Source: a virus
Lineage: Duplodnaviria > Caudoviricetes
IMG/VR virus record: IMGVR_UViG_3300037313_001148
Coordinates: 1-64,000 of that record
DNA length: 64,000 nucleotides
Strand: one strand, 5' to 3'
Made by a program: the position numbers and the translations under genes. Below, piece by piece: positions 17,525 through 27,298 of the stretch. The stretch's first letter is position 1. Each line of letters begins with the position of its first letter. The notes under the pieces are model-generated. The model was not told where the DNA came from. It saw only the letters and a program-made list of their open reading frames with translations, and made no database searches.

Positions 17525-17815
17525 ATGATTAATTATTTTGTTGATCGTGTTGGCCATGTTGGAGACAAGACGATCGGCATTGGGTTGACTCACGAAGAGT
17601 TATACGCCCTGGCGAGAGGAGAGATTCTACTTATCGATATGGATCGATTCGGAATGCATGGAAATATCTGTGTATTTGCAGGAAAAAATGACGAAGCCTT
17701 GAAAGAGAAGATCAGTACGACCGCCGCCAAGGATTTCGGCCTGGAAATTACCCACTTTGACGACCCTGAAGCGATGGGCCGAAGTATTCGTGAGATCAAG
17801 ACTCGCAGGAATTAA
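17525..17815 (+). CDS. hypothetical protein
   Basis: 96 aa, aaggaa RBS. Confidence 0.65.
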   Translation: MINYFVDRVGHVGDKTIGIGLTHEELYALARGEILLIDMDRFGMHGNICVFAGKNDEALKEKISTTAAKDFGLEITHFDDPEAMGRSIREIKTRRN

Positions 17816-17818
17816 CTC

Positions 17819-18352
17819 ATGGATATTCGTCAACTGAAGTCAATTCAACGGGCGATTATCTTCCTGACGATTCTATGCGGGCTTGGAATTGCAGCGTCCT
17901 TTGCATTCCTAATCACGCCATCGCCTCCCTTAGAGCCGGCCTTGCCGAAAGAAGGGAAAACTTCTTACGCGCTTCGTCAGGCTGTGAACCGGGAGCGTGG
18001 CGCGGCTGGCTTGCCTGAACTTAAGCCTCACGTCTCTCTGGCCGAAGCGGCGTTGGCTCATTCGATCGACCAGGCTCGGCACGACAATCTTGACCATTAC
18101 GGTTCTGACAAATCAACATGGGCCGATCGATGTTCCAGGGCCGGATACCCTGGCGCTTCTCTGGCAACGATTGGCGAAATCGTAGCGGAATGGCAGGTTA
18201 CGCCGGAACAGGCGATTGCCGATTGGATGCAGTCACCTGGCCACAAAGCGGCGATCTTGGATAAGCGATGGCAGCACTGCGGGGGCGGCATGGCCGAGTC
18301 ATCGGCTGGCCGGCGGTACTGGACCGTGGATTTTGGATTTATAAAAGACTGA
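17819..18352 (+). CDS. CAP (SCP-like) domain protein with an N-terminal membrane anchor
   Basis: VNRERGAAGL..LAEAALAHS..GEIVA..WMQSPGHKAAIL. Confidence 0.88.
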   Translation: MDIRQLKSIQRAIIFLTILCGLGIAASFAFLITPSPPLEPALPKEGKTSYALRQAVNRERGAAGLPELKPHVSLAEAALAHSIDQARHDNLDHYGSDKSTWADRCSRAGYPGASLATIGEIVAEWQVTPEQAIADWMQSPGHKAAILDKRWQHCGGGMAESSAGRRYWTVDFGFIKD

Positions 18353-18356
18353 TTAC

Positions 18357-18522
18357 GGCTCCGAGATGGGATACCTGGATAGCCCAATCCTAAATGAAAG
18401 AATGCCGATGCGAGTCCAAAGGATCGTGGCACGGCCGATCACGCAAAGGAACAACATTCTGTCACATGGAGGCTCCCGCCTGCGAAAGCGGGAGCGTGCG
18501 GGTTCAAATCCCGCCGGAGTCG
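18357..18522 (+). tRNA. expanded tRNA-Asp(GTC)-like gene with insertions (166 nt)
   Basis: acceptor ggctccg/cggagtc, G73, T arm gcggg-TTCAAAT-cccgc, CTGTCAC loop at 18458-18464; anticodon stem not canonical. Confidence 0.6.
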
Positions 18523-18581
18523 CCTCAAACTTACTATTCATTAATAAATGATTACATCGAGACGTTAAGGCGATTTTTTCC

Positions 18582-18899
18582 ATGTCATTCAAAAAATCCG
18601 AATTGACGTTTTCTATTCGAGATTTTACTGACAAAGACGATCTCATATCTGATTTTATCGGTGAAATGGCTCGCAAGATTGCTGAACAGCATCTTGGCTT
18701 TGTTGAAGAATTCCTCAAGACGAACAACGCCGATCCTCAGAATCAAACATTGTTATGTGTTCCGCAATATCATCCAACGGCACTTGTTTGTGAGGTTATT
18801 ATCCTAGTTCCTAACGAGACCGTGCGAAACAATTCGTTTACCGTGTCGGACCTGGCGATGCGGTTTCCAAGCGAACTCATCATCATTAATCAGAAGTGA
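18582..18899 (+). CDS. hypothetical protein
   Basis: 105-aa ORF. Confidence 0.55.
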   Translation: MSFKKSELTFSIRDFTDKDDLISDFIGEMARKIAEQHLGFVEEFLKTNNADPQNQTLLCVPQYHPTALVCEVIILVPNETVRNNSFTVSDLAMRFPSELIIINQK

Positions 18900-18906
18900 C
18901 TGACTC

Positions 18907-19098
18907 ATGAACGTCACAGTAACAATGAAAGATGGAACCAAACGCAAATTTACTGATAGACCTGGAGGATCGTACTATGTTAATCTGGAATATGTAATTG
19001 GATTCGTAGTTATCACGGAAGAATGGGGCGCGAAGACTTCGATTCCGTCTGATGAGATCAAAGAAATTCTCCAGGAACCCTCTAGAGGCGGGTGGTGA
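18907..19098 (+). CDS. hypothetical protein
   Basis: 63-aa ORF in tandem arrangement. Confidence 0.6.
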   Translation: MNVTVTMKDGTKRKFTDRPGGSYYVNLEYVIGFVVITEEWGAKTSIPSDEIKEILQEPSRGGW

Positions 19099-19099
19099 C

Positions 19100-19369
19100 A
19101 TGAAATTTTCATTTATAGATTGCCTGATCTATCGCCTTACAGCAAGGAGGTGGAATCGCCTGATTTGTTCCATTCTGCTGCGGCACTACGGGTTAAGCGC
19201 GGAGTGGACATCTCGCCTTTCGTCTGAACAACTCCACAAACTGTGTGCTGAGTTTGATCCGACTCAGAAGGCTAGGTGGACGAATATTCGACCTGACGGC
19301 TCTTTGGTGTTTCCGGAAGACGTGACAACAGAAGGAAGCTCGTTTCCAACGAACAGGCATGCGGTCTGA
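19100..19369 (+). CDS. hypothetical protein
   Basis: ATG 19100 directly after the previous stop. Confidence 0.55.
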   Translation: MKFSFIDCLIYRLTARRWNRLICSILLRHYGLSAEWTSRLSSEQLHKLCAEFDPTQKARWTNIRPDGSLVFPEDVTTEGSSFPTNRHAV

Positions 19370-19458
19370 ATTCAGAGGAAACACAGGAAAGTCAACAACA
19401 GTGATTTTAATACAATCTTATTATATGATTTAAGCAGACGTTTACTTCATTTGCCGCC

Positions 19459-19505
19459 CGACACTCCTCCTTCTCCGTTGTCCTTCTCGTCCGCGTAGCG
19501 GACGA
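19459..19505 (+). repeat. dispersed motif+GNA hairpin element, copy 3 (intergenic)
   Basis: cgacactcctccttctccgttgtcc + tcgtccgc-GTA-gcggacga. Confidence 0.88.
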
Positions 19506-19520
19506 CACAGGAATTAACTC

Positions 19521-19937
19521 ATGAATATTTTCAAGAAAATTCCATATTTCGATGTTGGGGACGGCAACGGCGATGTGTTTTTTCGTCGATGGAAGATTCT
19601 CAAAACGGCCTGGTTTTCCGTTTACCTTCACCAGTTCTTTCGTAGCGACCGATATCGTTGTCTTCACAACCATCCTTGGTGGTTCTGGGTTTTGATTTTG
19701 AGGGGTGGTTATTGGGAGCATTTGCCGACAGGCCGGGTCTGGCGACATCCCGGCTACTTTGCTCGTTACCCGGCGGATCACTTTCACCGAATCGAGATTG
19801 ATCCTGCCCAACCTAAACCGTGGTCGTTGGTTCTAGTTGGCCCCAAGTTTCAGGAATGGGGATTCAGGGCTTCCGATGGTAGTTTTGTCGCCTGGGATCC
19901 GAAACTTCCTAATCCTGTTTGTGAAACGGGAGATTAA
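19521..19937 (+). CDS. cupin-fold protein
   Basis: YLHQF..LHNHPW..ILRGGYWE..DHFHRIE. Confidence 0.65.
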   Translation: MNIFKKIPYFDVGDGNGDVFFRRWKILKTAWFSVYLHQFFRSDRYRCLHNHPWWFWVLILRGGYWEHLPTGRVWRHPGYFARYPADHFHRIEIDPAQPKPWSLVLVGPKFQEWGFRASDGSFVAWDPKLPNPVCETGD

Positions 19938-19942
19938 CACAC

Positions 19943-20422
19943 ATGGGCAACAATAACCGAGATCGCCGCCGGAACCATGATTCCGGTTATGGTCCCAGTC
20001 ATATCGAGCCGATTCGCCCCTCGCTCATGCCGAATTTTGCCGGAGCTTCAGGGGAAGTTATCATATCAGTAGACTTTGGTCGCGATTTCATCGGCCTGTT
20101 GCTCGCATCGACGCCGTACATGGTACAGTGTCCAGCCTGCAAGGAGTCGGCGTGTCTGCTGTTTAATCGGGACACCTGCCGGCCGTGTATAGACTGCCAT
20201 TGTGGAAATCAGCGTCGTCACATACGTACAAATTATGACGCGATCGCTCATGTTCGCTCGGTCCTGCTTCGGCCTGTCAATTACAACATCAAGCCAGGTG
20301 ATTACCTTTACGAAGTTTTCGGCGAAGAGAACTATGTTTCGTGGGGTGATCGGTACAGGCATTCCCGGATGGGATTTGTTCGCCTGGCGCGGCACCATCC
20401 CGAGCCTTCTGCTCTTCCCTGA
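19943..20422 (+). CDS. hypothetical Zn-ribbon-like protein
   Basis: CPAC..C..CIDCHC motifs. Confidence 0.55.
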   Translation: MGNNNRDRRRNHDSGYGPSHIEPIRPSLMPNFAGASGEVIISVDFGRDFIGLLLASTPYMVQCPACKESACLLFNRDTCRPCIDCHCGNQRRHIRTNYDAIAHVRSVLLRPVNYNIKPGDYLYEVFGEENYVSWGDRYRHSRMGFVRLARHHPEPSALP

Positions 20423-20493
20423 AAACAGTGTTGACTTTTCAGTCGTTTTCATGTTAGGCTTCCGGCAGACGGGATTTTACTGGAGTTCAAGGC

Positions 20494-20922
20494 ATGTGTT
20501 TGCCAATAGCCGTGAAACATCCTGAGCGGGTGCTTGGCAAAGGCGAGCACGCTGGGTTTGAGTGGATGGTTCTTGCCTCTCCTTTCGGGTTTCGCTGCGG
20601 CTACACCCGCGTCCCATCGGGTCATCCGTGGTACGGAAAAAAATATCCTGATATTGATGCATGCGTTCATGGAGGATTGACGTTCACCTCATACGATTTA
20701 GCGTGCGACGCGCCTGGACCTGATGACGGATACTGGGTAGGATTCGATTTTGGCCACGGCGGGGACGGTTCTGATCCTGAGATTAGCCAATCTGTTTCTC
20801 CTGTAATTCTTGACCTGTACGATTTTCCAGGGTCGCACATCTGGACACAGCAGGAGGCTGAGCAGGAGTGTCGGAGCCTGTGCGAGCAAGCCCGCGCCGC
20901 CTCGGAGTTATCTCGTACATGA
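20494..20922 (+). CDS. conserved phage hypothetical protein
   Basis: FRCGY..HPWYG..VHGGLTF..WVGFDFGH pattern. Confidence 0.7.
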   Translation: MCLPIAVKHPERVLGKGEHAGFEWMVLASPFGFRCGYTRVPSGHPWYGKKYPDIDACVHGGLTFTSYDLACDAPGPDDGYWVGFDFGHGGDGSDPEISQSVSPVILDLYDFPGSHIWTQQEAEQECRSLCEQARAASELSRT

Positions 20923-21140
20923 GCCTTCATCAATCAAAGATCTACCCCGGAGTTTACCGCGAGCCTGCCACGGGCCGCGAGATTTACGTCTCTAGTATCA
21001 GGGCGGATACTGTCAACCCTGAAATCATGATTGTTAATTTCAGTTCAATTGTAAACAGTCATATCTTGTCCAAAAACGAATCGATGCCTCTGAGCGAGTT
21101 TTCTGTTGTCGGGCGATTCGTCCGAATTAGTGGGGTCTAA
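20919..21140 (+). CDS. hypothetical protein (DUF1653-like)
   Basis: PGVYRE..GREIYV..MPLSEF..RF; 4-nt overlap with the upstream gene. Confidence 0.5.
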   Translation: MSLHQSKIYPGVYREPATGREIYVSSIRADTVNPEIMIVNFSSIVNSHILSKNESMPLSEFSVVGRFVRISGV

Positions 21141-21142
21141 CC

Positions 21143-21637
21143 ATGCCGGCCGATCGCAAGACAATCGTATTCACATTTGACGGCACGATCACAGATGATC
21201 CACACTTTGATGATGCCACGTCGATCTTTGCCGAGCCACGCCCTAACGCTTTCCTCCTTCTGGAAACCCTGGTCCGCCGGTTCAATATCGTAATCATTTC
21301 ATCTAGATTCTTCGATCTGTCTACTCGAAATGAAGCGGCTTCAGCCATTCTCAAATGGTTTACGAGGCACAATTTTACTCCAGCCTTAACCGTCAAGCGA
21401 TTTCATATCGATGACACTCCTGAAAACCCGGATCTCGATTTCTACTCAGATCAAAATATTTGGATTTCAGAAGTTATTCCGCCGTTTGCCGCTCTCGTTA
21501 CTCCTCACAATTTCAGCCTTGTGGAGTCGTTACTTCTCGATGACGCCGAACCTGTCCCCGTTGTTCGCTCCGTTCCGCAAGGCCAGCAAGGAGACCCGTT
21601 CCACGGTCCTCCCGGCTCGAAGCCACCACGGCGGTAA
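21143..21637 (+). CDS. HAD-like hydrolase-fold protein
   Basis: TIVFTFDGTI..PRPNA..IVIISSR (degenerate motif I). Confidence 0.5.
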   Translation: MPADRKTIVFTFDGTITDDPHFDDATSIFAEPRPNAFLLLETLVRRFNIVIISSRFFDLSTRNEAASAILKWFTRHNFTPALTVKRFHIDDTPENPDLDFYSDQNIWISEVIPPFAALVTPHNFSLVESLLLDDAEPVPVVRSVPQGQQGDPFHGPPGSKPPRR

Positions 21638-21799
21638 GAAAGCTCCCATATGGTGCGTTCGCGTTATGCACCCGATCGGGGTATTCTTCTATGTTCATGC
21701 ACATACGAAATCTGAAGCTCGCGCCCTCGTCAAGCGGGAGATCAATTTCAAGCGTCACTATCGGCTTCCGGTTGGCACTTTCTTCCAGAGGATACCCTA

Positions 21800-22432
21800 A
21801 TGGATTGTCGGCGGTGCGGTAAGGCTTCGTCGCCTCTATTCAAGGGAAACGGTACACGTTTTCTCGACCTTACTGCGCTGCCGATTTCTCCCGAGAACTG
21901 CATTCACGCGATCCTCTGCCTCAACTGCTACTCCGAGTTTAAGGTTCTTCGCGACTCGTATCCCCGCCTGGCGGAATACCACAACCTGATTCTCGATCTA
22001 AATATATACATCTCTTCAAATCCCAAGTATACAGACAATTTTACACTTGAAGATCCAAAAGATCTTTATATCAAAGTTCTTGAAATTCGCCGCGAGTTCC
22101 GCGTTCTCGCCCTCCGCTTCCTTGACCCCACGGTCAACCCGGCCAACCTTCTCGGCCCCACGTCGGCCGAGACTGCCACACAGTTAATCATCAACTCACA
22201 TGAGCAATCCAACGCCTCATCCGCCGGAGAACTCATCTCCTCCGTCCACGGACCCGGTTCAGCCTCCCGCGCCGCTTCCGCCGCCTCCTGCCCCTCGTTC
22301 TCAGCGGAAAGGAAAGGGGACGGGCAAGGGGCCACGGTCAAACGTGGTCAGCCCCGAAGAAAAGCTCAACCGCAAGCAACTTCGGCTTCAGAACCGCAAA
22401 AGGTTTCTCGAAGACGAAGTAAAAAACGGTAA
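21800..22432 (+). CDS. hypothetical protein with CxxC motifs
   Basis: CRRC..CLNC; the C-terminal part overlaps the next ORF by 233 nt. Confidence 0.5.
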   Translation: MDCRRCGKASSPLFKGNGTRFLDLTALPISPENCIHAILCLNCYSEFKVLRDSYPRLAEYHNLILDLNIYISSNPKYTDNFTLEDPKDLYIKVLEIRREFRVLALRFLDPTVNPANLLGPTSAETATQLIINSHEQSNASSAGELISSVHGPGSASRAASAASCPSFSAERKGDGQGATVKRGQPRRKAQPQATSASEPQKVSRRRSKKR

Positions 22433-23156
22433 TCTTTCATGGGTTGATGCTAACCGGCTGGCGACCAAATCGGGGATCGTTCTCGACGGTTTTCAACCGA
22501 CAGATGATCCCTTGCTCATGAATGATAATCAAAAGATTGAGCAAAATAGAAAGAGATCATCTGCACGTATATATCTATCAGAAAGTGAAAAAAAATCCAT
22601 TGCTGAGAAACTCCAGGCGGGGGCCAACCGCCAGCTTGCATGCGTGCAATCAAGCGTGGGTTATGAACGGTTCCTCCGGCAGTTGACTGAAGATCACGAA
22701 TTTCGCACACTTATATATACAATTGAAGGATCGACGATCGGTGTATGCGAGATGGTGGTTTTCGGTGCCGCATTAAATGGAGACGTAAACGCTGCTTCAC
22801 GTTACATTGGTTTGCGGCACAACAAGGACGAAGGACGTTTCAAGCGCAAGCTAGCCCTGGCCGAGTTCAAACTTAAAGAAAAGGCTGTAAATTCACAACT
22901 TGATACGATCAATCCGTCCCCCCGTCTCTCATTCGCCTGCCTCTCCAATGATGAACTTATCGACTATGATGAACTTCAAGATAAGATCAAATCTGGAACA
23001 GAATGCACCGCGAACGAGTTGACTCGCCTTGGCTTCTACACCGCTAAGTTGATGAAGGCTAACCAACCCCAGCCTGCTCCGGTTGTCGATTTCGTGGCCC
23101 AAGCTGCCTCTGAACCGCTCCGGCTTGAATCAACAAAGGTAGATATCAGTGAGTGA
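22200..23156 (+). CDS. possible terminase small subunit / HTH protein
   Basis: helical HTH-like segment followed by FGAALNGDVNAASRYI. Confidence 0.4.
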   Translation: MSNPTPHPPENSSPPSTDPVQPPAPLPPPPAPRSQRKGKGTGKGPRSNVVSPEEKLNRKQLRLQNRKRFLEDEVKNGNLSWVDANRLATKSGIVLDGFQPTDDPLLMNDNQKIEQNRKRSSARIYLSESEKKSIAEKLQAGANRQLACVQSSVGYERFLRQLTEDHEFRTLIYTIEGSTIGVCEMVVFGAALNGDVNAASRYIGLRHNKDEGRFKRKLALAEFKLKEKAVNSQLDTINPSPRLSFACLSNDELIDYDELQDKIKSGTECTANELTRLGFYTAKLMKANQPQPAPVVDFVAQAASEPLRLESTKVDISE

Positions 23157-23556
23157 GCTATCTCAATTCTCAGACCGTCTTGTCACCGAGCCTGACCAGA
23201 AAGAGGCTCCCCCGAAAAACTTGCCCTACCGGCTTACCGACGATTTTAAGGCCTGGGAAGAGTTTTGCAAGCAAAATAATATTACCAAAGCATATAAAGA
23301 TAAAATTCCCCAATCTACTTCCGGCAATAAGTATCACCGGCAGATTCGTCTGCTTAAAGCCTATTCTCCTGATACTCCCACCATTGATGTCTATTCGGTA
23401 CTGACCGCCTTCGCCGTCGTTTCGCCTGGCCTTCAGCACGCCGTCAAGAAACTTCTCTGTGCCGGATTGCGTGGCAAGGGTTCGGCCTTGCAGGATCTCA
23501 AGGAAGCGCGGGACGCCCTTGACCGCGCCATTGAAGACGCGGAGCATGAATCATGA
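23149..23556 (+). CDS. conserved phage protein (DUF3310-like)
   Basis: IDVYSVL.AF..LQHAVKKLLCAG.RG..QDLKEA. Confidence 0.65.
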   Translation: MSELSQFSDRLVTEPDQKEAPPKNLPYRLTDDFKAWEEFCKQNNITKAYKDKIPQSTSGNKYHRQIRLLKAYSPDTPTIDVYSVLTAFAVVSPGLQHAVKKLLCAGLRGKGSALQDLKEARDALDRAIEDAEHES

Positions 23557-23954
23557 GCAAATTTCTATGCAAAGAAGAGTACAAAAACCTTATTGCCTTT
23601 GTTGACTCCCTGAAACAGTTCCTTGAGGACCAATCGGAATACCCTATCAAGATTGGCGATGAACTGTACGATTACGTAATCGCCAAGTCGCATCTCCATT
23701 TCATCAGGCAATGCTTGGACCATTGCCTGATGTGCGATCCCCTGGCAAATAAAATCACGCCTCATCTCGCACGGGACGTCAAACCAGACCTTCACGCGGT
23801 CATCACGGAGTCAATTGACAAGATCCTTTATATCTGCAAAACAACCGAAAAAAAGAGCGTAGCCATTGGCATTGATGTCCAGCTTGGAGACGGCGAACGA
23901 ATCGAAATCCAGACATATCACGGAATGCCGAAATCCGAACCTGAAACATCCTGA
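23553..23954 (+). CDS. hypothetical protein
   Basis: 133 aa, 4-nt overlap with the upstream gene. Confidence 0.6.
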   Translation: MSKFLCKEEYKNLIAFVDSLKQFLEDQSEYPIKIGDELYDYVIAKSHLHFIRQCLDHCLMCDPLANKITPHLARDVKPDLHAVITESIDKILYICKTTEKKSVAIGIDVQLGDGERIEIQTYHGMPKSEPETS

Positions 23955-24005
23955 CTTGTGGTCAGGGTTCCCCACGGTGAAAGAAGTGACCTGAAAGGAC
24001 TTTTC

Positions 24006-24830
24006 ATGCCGACTCCTACAGAGATCAAGATTTACCGAATTGCTGAAACCAAGGTCAATCGTCCGGTTGCCCGCGAATGGCTGAAAGATCTTGGTGCAGA
24101 AGAATACCCCTTTCCGGCTCCGTCTCAAGTTACAGACCAGGCACTCCTTGTATCGCTTGCCGGCAAGCGTTGTTACAAGTCTTTCGAGGTTGGCCTGAAC
24201 CCCAACATTACCAGGATTCGCGAAAGTTACGCCGATTATTTTGAAAACATTCTTTCAAGTGGACATGGGTCAGTTCTTGAACATTCGACATATACTTACG
24301 CAATTGAAAATGTGTCTCGCGTGTTCTCGGCAGAGATGAACCGGCATCGTGCCGGCTGGGCGATCAGTGAAGGATCTCTAAGATTTATTCGTTTTGATGA
24401 GAACATTCCGTATTGGCTTCCCGATTCCATCAAGCCTAAAGCTGGCGATGACCCTGATCTTGAAGAACGGAAAGCGAAGACGCGAGACGCCTTTTACCGG
24501 GCATTTGCCCACCAGGAAAAGATCTATGCCGAACTTATCGATATTTGGGAGATGAACGATACCAACAAAAACTTTTCATATAAAAAGAAGATCACTTCAT
24601 GTCTCAGAAGAATCGTAGGCCTGGGCGTTTCGACGGGTGGCGTGTGGACTGGAAATGTTCGCGCCTTGCGGCACGTCATCACGATGCGATGCTCTCCAGT
24701 GGCCGAAGAAGAGATGATTCACGTTTTTTCGAGAATTGCGGCGGATATCGCCAGAGATGATCCTCTTTTGTTTGGAGATTTCCAGCAAGACGAAGATGGA
24801 TTTTGGTATCCTAAATATGTAAAAGTGTGA
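24006..24830 (+). CDS. thyX: FAD-dependent thymidylate synthase
   Basis: GHGSVLEH, SRVFSAEMNRHR..SEGSLRF, LRHVITMR..AEEEM. Confidence 0.93.
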   Translation: MPTPTEIKIYRIAETKVNRPVAREWLKDLGAEEYPFPAPSQVTDQALLVSLAGKRCYKSFEVGLNPNITRIRESYADYFENILSSGHGSVLEHSTYTYAIENVSRVFSAEMNRHRAGWAISEGSLRFIRFDENIPYWLPDSIKPKAGDDPDLEERKAKTRDAFYRAFAHQEKIYAELIDIWEMNDTNKNFSYKKKITSCLRRIVGLGVSTGGVWTGNVRALRHVITMRCSPVAEEEMIHVFSRIAADIARDDPLLFGDFQQDEDGFWYPKYVKV

Positions 24831-24839
24831 CTGTCTTTT

Positions 24840-24946
24840 CTGGCGTTGGTCTGAAGTGACCCTTGTTAGATTCCTCAGCATAACAGGGCGAGCGTGGCTA
24901 AGACGTGGCGAAAGCCGAGACGAAGGTTCGACTCCTTCACGCCAGA
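24840..24946 (+). tRNA. atypical tRNA-like gene (107 nt, 12-nt anticodon loop)
   Basis: acceptor ctggcgt/acgccag, T arm gaagg-TTCGACT-ccttc, stem ccttgtta/taacaggg. Confidence 0.55.
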
Positions 24947-25243
24947 CTTCAGCATAGAAACATATCATGGGAAGAAATGATCGTCTGCCGCTTTCTAGAA
25001 TTTCTCCGACGCCTCCACCCCCGCCGCCGAAGCCGCCAACCCATTATTCTTATAGCGGATCGGTATCAAGAGATAACAATAAGTTGCAAGACGTATCCCG
25101 AGAAGAAATGCCGTCTCGGGGACCGCTCTCTTGGCTTTGGTGGCTCTAGATACTTTCTTGAAGGCCATAGCCTTATGAACCTCATCGAACCTGCCATCTT
25201 CAAGGTTGTGCCGTAGCAACCTACGTGTCATAAAGGGAAACCT

Positions 25244-25334
25244 GAGCCGCTGGCGCAACTGGCAGACGCCACCGCAAGAGCGGTGTCCCAAAACTGGGAA
25301 GTAAGAGATCCGGGTTCAAATCCCGGTCGGCTCA
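25244..25334 (+). tRNA. atypical tRNA-like gene (Leu-type D arm, no canonical anticodon loop)
   Basis: gagccg/cggctc acceptor, GCGCAACTGGCAGACGC D arm, ccggg-TTCAAAT-cccgg T arm; two 4-nt-loop hairpins between them. Confidence 0.55.
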
Positions 25335-25676
25335 GATTGATTGTTTCCTTGAAAGCCCTGGCCCTCCCTGATACCATGTTGGCCACGCGGCTCGTAGCCG
25401 CTTCCGCCGCCGGGAGGGCAGCCGAAATGATAAACAGAAATGTTGATCTTTTTGTGCCGCTGTAAGTTTTCTCCCGGCGGTTTTTATGCTCATACCTTTT
25501 CCTTCCCGCAAGCCCACCTCCGCCAATCCCTGCGATCGGTGCGGCGATCCTGCCGGCTACATTCCTAGGCACCGCAAGACCCCTGTGCGGATTCGTACCA
25601 ACTGGAAGGAGGAAGGACAGATCAAAGTGGGTCACGTATGCCAAAAATGTTATTCATATATAGAAAGGCATAAGCA

Positions 25677-26567
25677 ATGAATACTAAATGGCATAACAAG
25701 ATTGGACGATACGGACAAGCCACGCATATTGATTTTGATTCATACATGAACGAGATTGGCCCTCTTCTCGATCATGTCTTGATCCCTCATTATGAAGAAA
25801 AATCCCTGATCTCCGAAGCTAAGCGTGAAATCGTCCGCTTTATCGATTCGGGGATCTCCTACTTCCCCTGTCGCGACCGAATCATCCTTTGTAACCAGAG
25901 GCTCATTTTCTCTGAAGTCCTCAAGATTCATAATCCGTTCCCCAATTTCGAGGATTACATGCAGGCTGGTACTTTCGGCCTGGTTGAAGCAATCAAAAAA
26001 TTCGACACGTCAAAACCATTCAAATTCTCGACATATGCAACTCACTGGATTCGTAGATATTTAAAAGATGAGCGAGTCAAGTCAAATACAGGGAAGCCGG
26101 TTCTAACCAACGCCGCTGTTACCATCTGGTATCACTATTCAAGGGTGCAACGGAACCAGCCTGCCCCTCTCTCTTATGCCGAAGTGTTCGCTATCATCTC
26201 ACAGCTTCCACAAATGAAGTTTCTTTCATTCGACACATTCTGTGATACGATTCGGACAATGGAGGCGATCTCTTACTCCCTAGATTATGACAGTGACAGT
26301 GGAATTGATATCCTTTCCGATCTTCCTGAATACTACGATGACGAGTTTCAGCCTGTTCGGGACGCTCTTTCGACTCTGGACCCGAGAACCCGCCGCGTCA
26401 TTTCCGCTTTCTTCGGCCTGGACTGCCAGAAGCTTTCGCTTGAGGATATCGGCCTCGAGATCGGCGTAACCCGCGAGCGGGTCCGTCAGATCAAGGAAAG
26501 GGGCGTCAAAGAAATTCGTCAATATATCTCCAGAAAACCAAAGCTCCGTTACACTGGAGTCGCCTGA
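25677..26567 (+). CDS. phage-encoded sigma-70 family factor
   Basis: region 2 DYMQAGTFGLVEAIKKFD..FSTYATHWIR; region 4 SLEDIGLEIGVTRERVRQI. Confidence 0.9.
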   Translation: MNTKWHNKIGRYGQATHIDFDSYMNEIGPLLDHVLIPHYEEKSLISEAKREIVRFIDSGISYFPCRDRIILCNQRLIFSEVLKIHNPFPNFEDYMQAGTFGLVEAIKKFDTSKPFKFSTYATHWIRRYLKDERVKSNTGKPVLTNAAVTIWYHYSRVQRNQPAPLSYAEVFAIISQLPQMKFLSFDTFCDTIRTMEAISYSLDYDSDSGIDILSDLPEYYDDEFQPVRDALSTLDPRTRRVISAFFGLDCQKLSLEDIGLEIGVTRERVRQIKERGVKEIRQYISRKPKLRYTGVA

Positions 26568-26570
26568 ACA

Positions 26571-27122
26571 ATGATCGGCCATAAACAGATCCAATCCGCA
26601 ACATTCAAGAATCATCTATACACTCTCTCAGAGCGATTCCCTGAACTCCATTTCAATACCCGTAATTGCAACATCACATCATTCTACGATGTCGCAATCC
26701 GGAGCCTCGTGCTTCGGATGGACGCCAATTTCTACTGTTCCGAGCCGAAACGCCGCGTTGTCAAAACTCAAAACATTCCAAAATATGAACATGAAAAAGT
26801 CTCGGTCCCTCAAACCCCCTGGGACGGCGTAAAGCTCTGGGCAAAAGAAATTCTTGCAAAATTCTACTATAAACATATCTCTAACATCCGGAACCCATTG
26901 TGGGGAGAGCAAACGGAACGCGACAGCCTTGTCCTGGATTGGATCTTCAATAGAATCATGTCAATTAAATCAAATGTCCGTACCGTCACACATTCCAGGA
27001 TTATCAAAACAGATACAATTAACGTGGTGACTAATGAATACCGTATCTGCCCTCATCTGGAATGCCAGCAAAGCGAGCTTCATTATCGTTTCCTTGCTGA
27101 TGCTCCCGGCTTGCGGCCCTGA
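26571..27122 (+). CDS. hypothetical protein
   Basis: 183 aa, follows the sigma factor. Confidence 0.65.
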   Translation: MIGHKQIQSATFKNHLYTLSERFPELHFNTRNCNITSFYDVAIRSLVLRMDANFYCSEPKRRVVKTQNIPKYEHEKVSVPQTPWDGVKLWAKEILAKFYYKHISNIRNPLWGEQTERDSLVLDWIFNRIMSIKSNVRTVTHSRIIKTDTINVVTNEYRICPHLECQQSELHYRFLADAPGLRP

Positions 27123-27298
27123 GCCGTGCCGATGCGGGGCCACGTCTTGCGGCTGCAAGCCTGGCTCCGGCTCTTGCATGGTTGTTCCGTCCGGTCCTCG
27201 GAAGACGATCTGTATTCCGATGAACATGGATCAGAGATCAAAGATTCGTTAATTTATTGCCGCAATTTCCCGCCTCGAGCGAATTTTCTTGAAAACTC

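Noticed and set aside
18357-18522. tmRNA
   Set aside because: No G3-U70 alanine identity pair, too short, and no tag reading frame.
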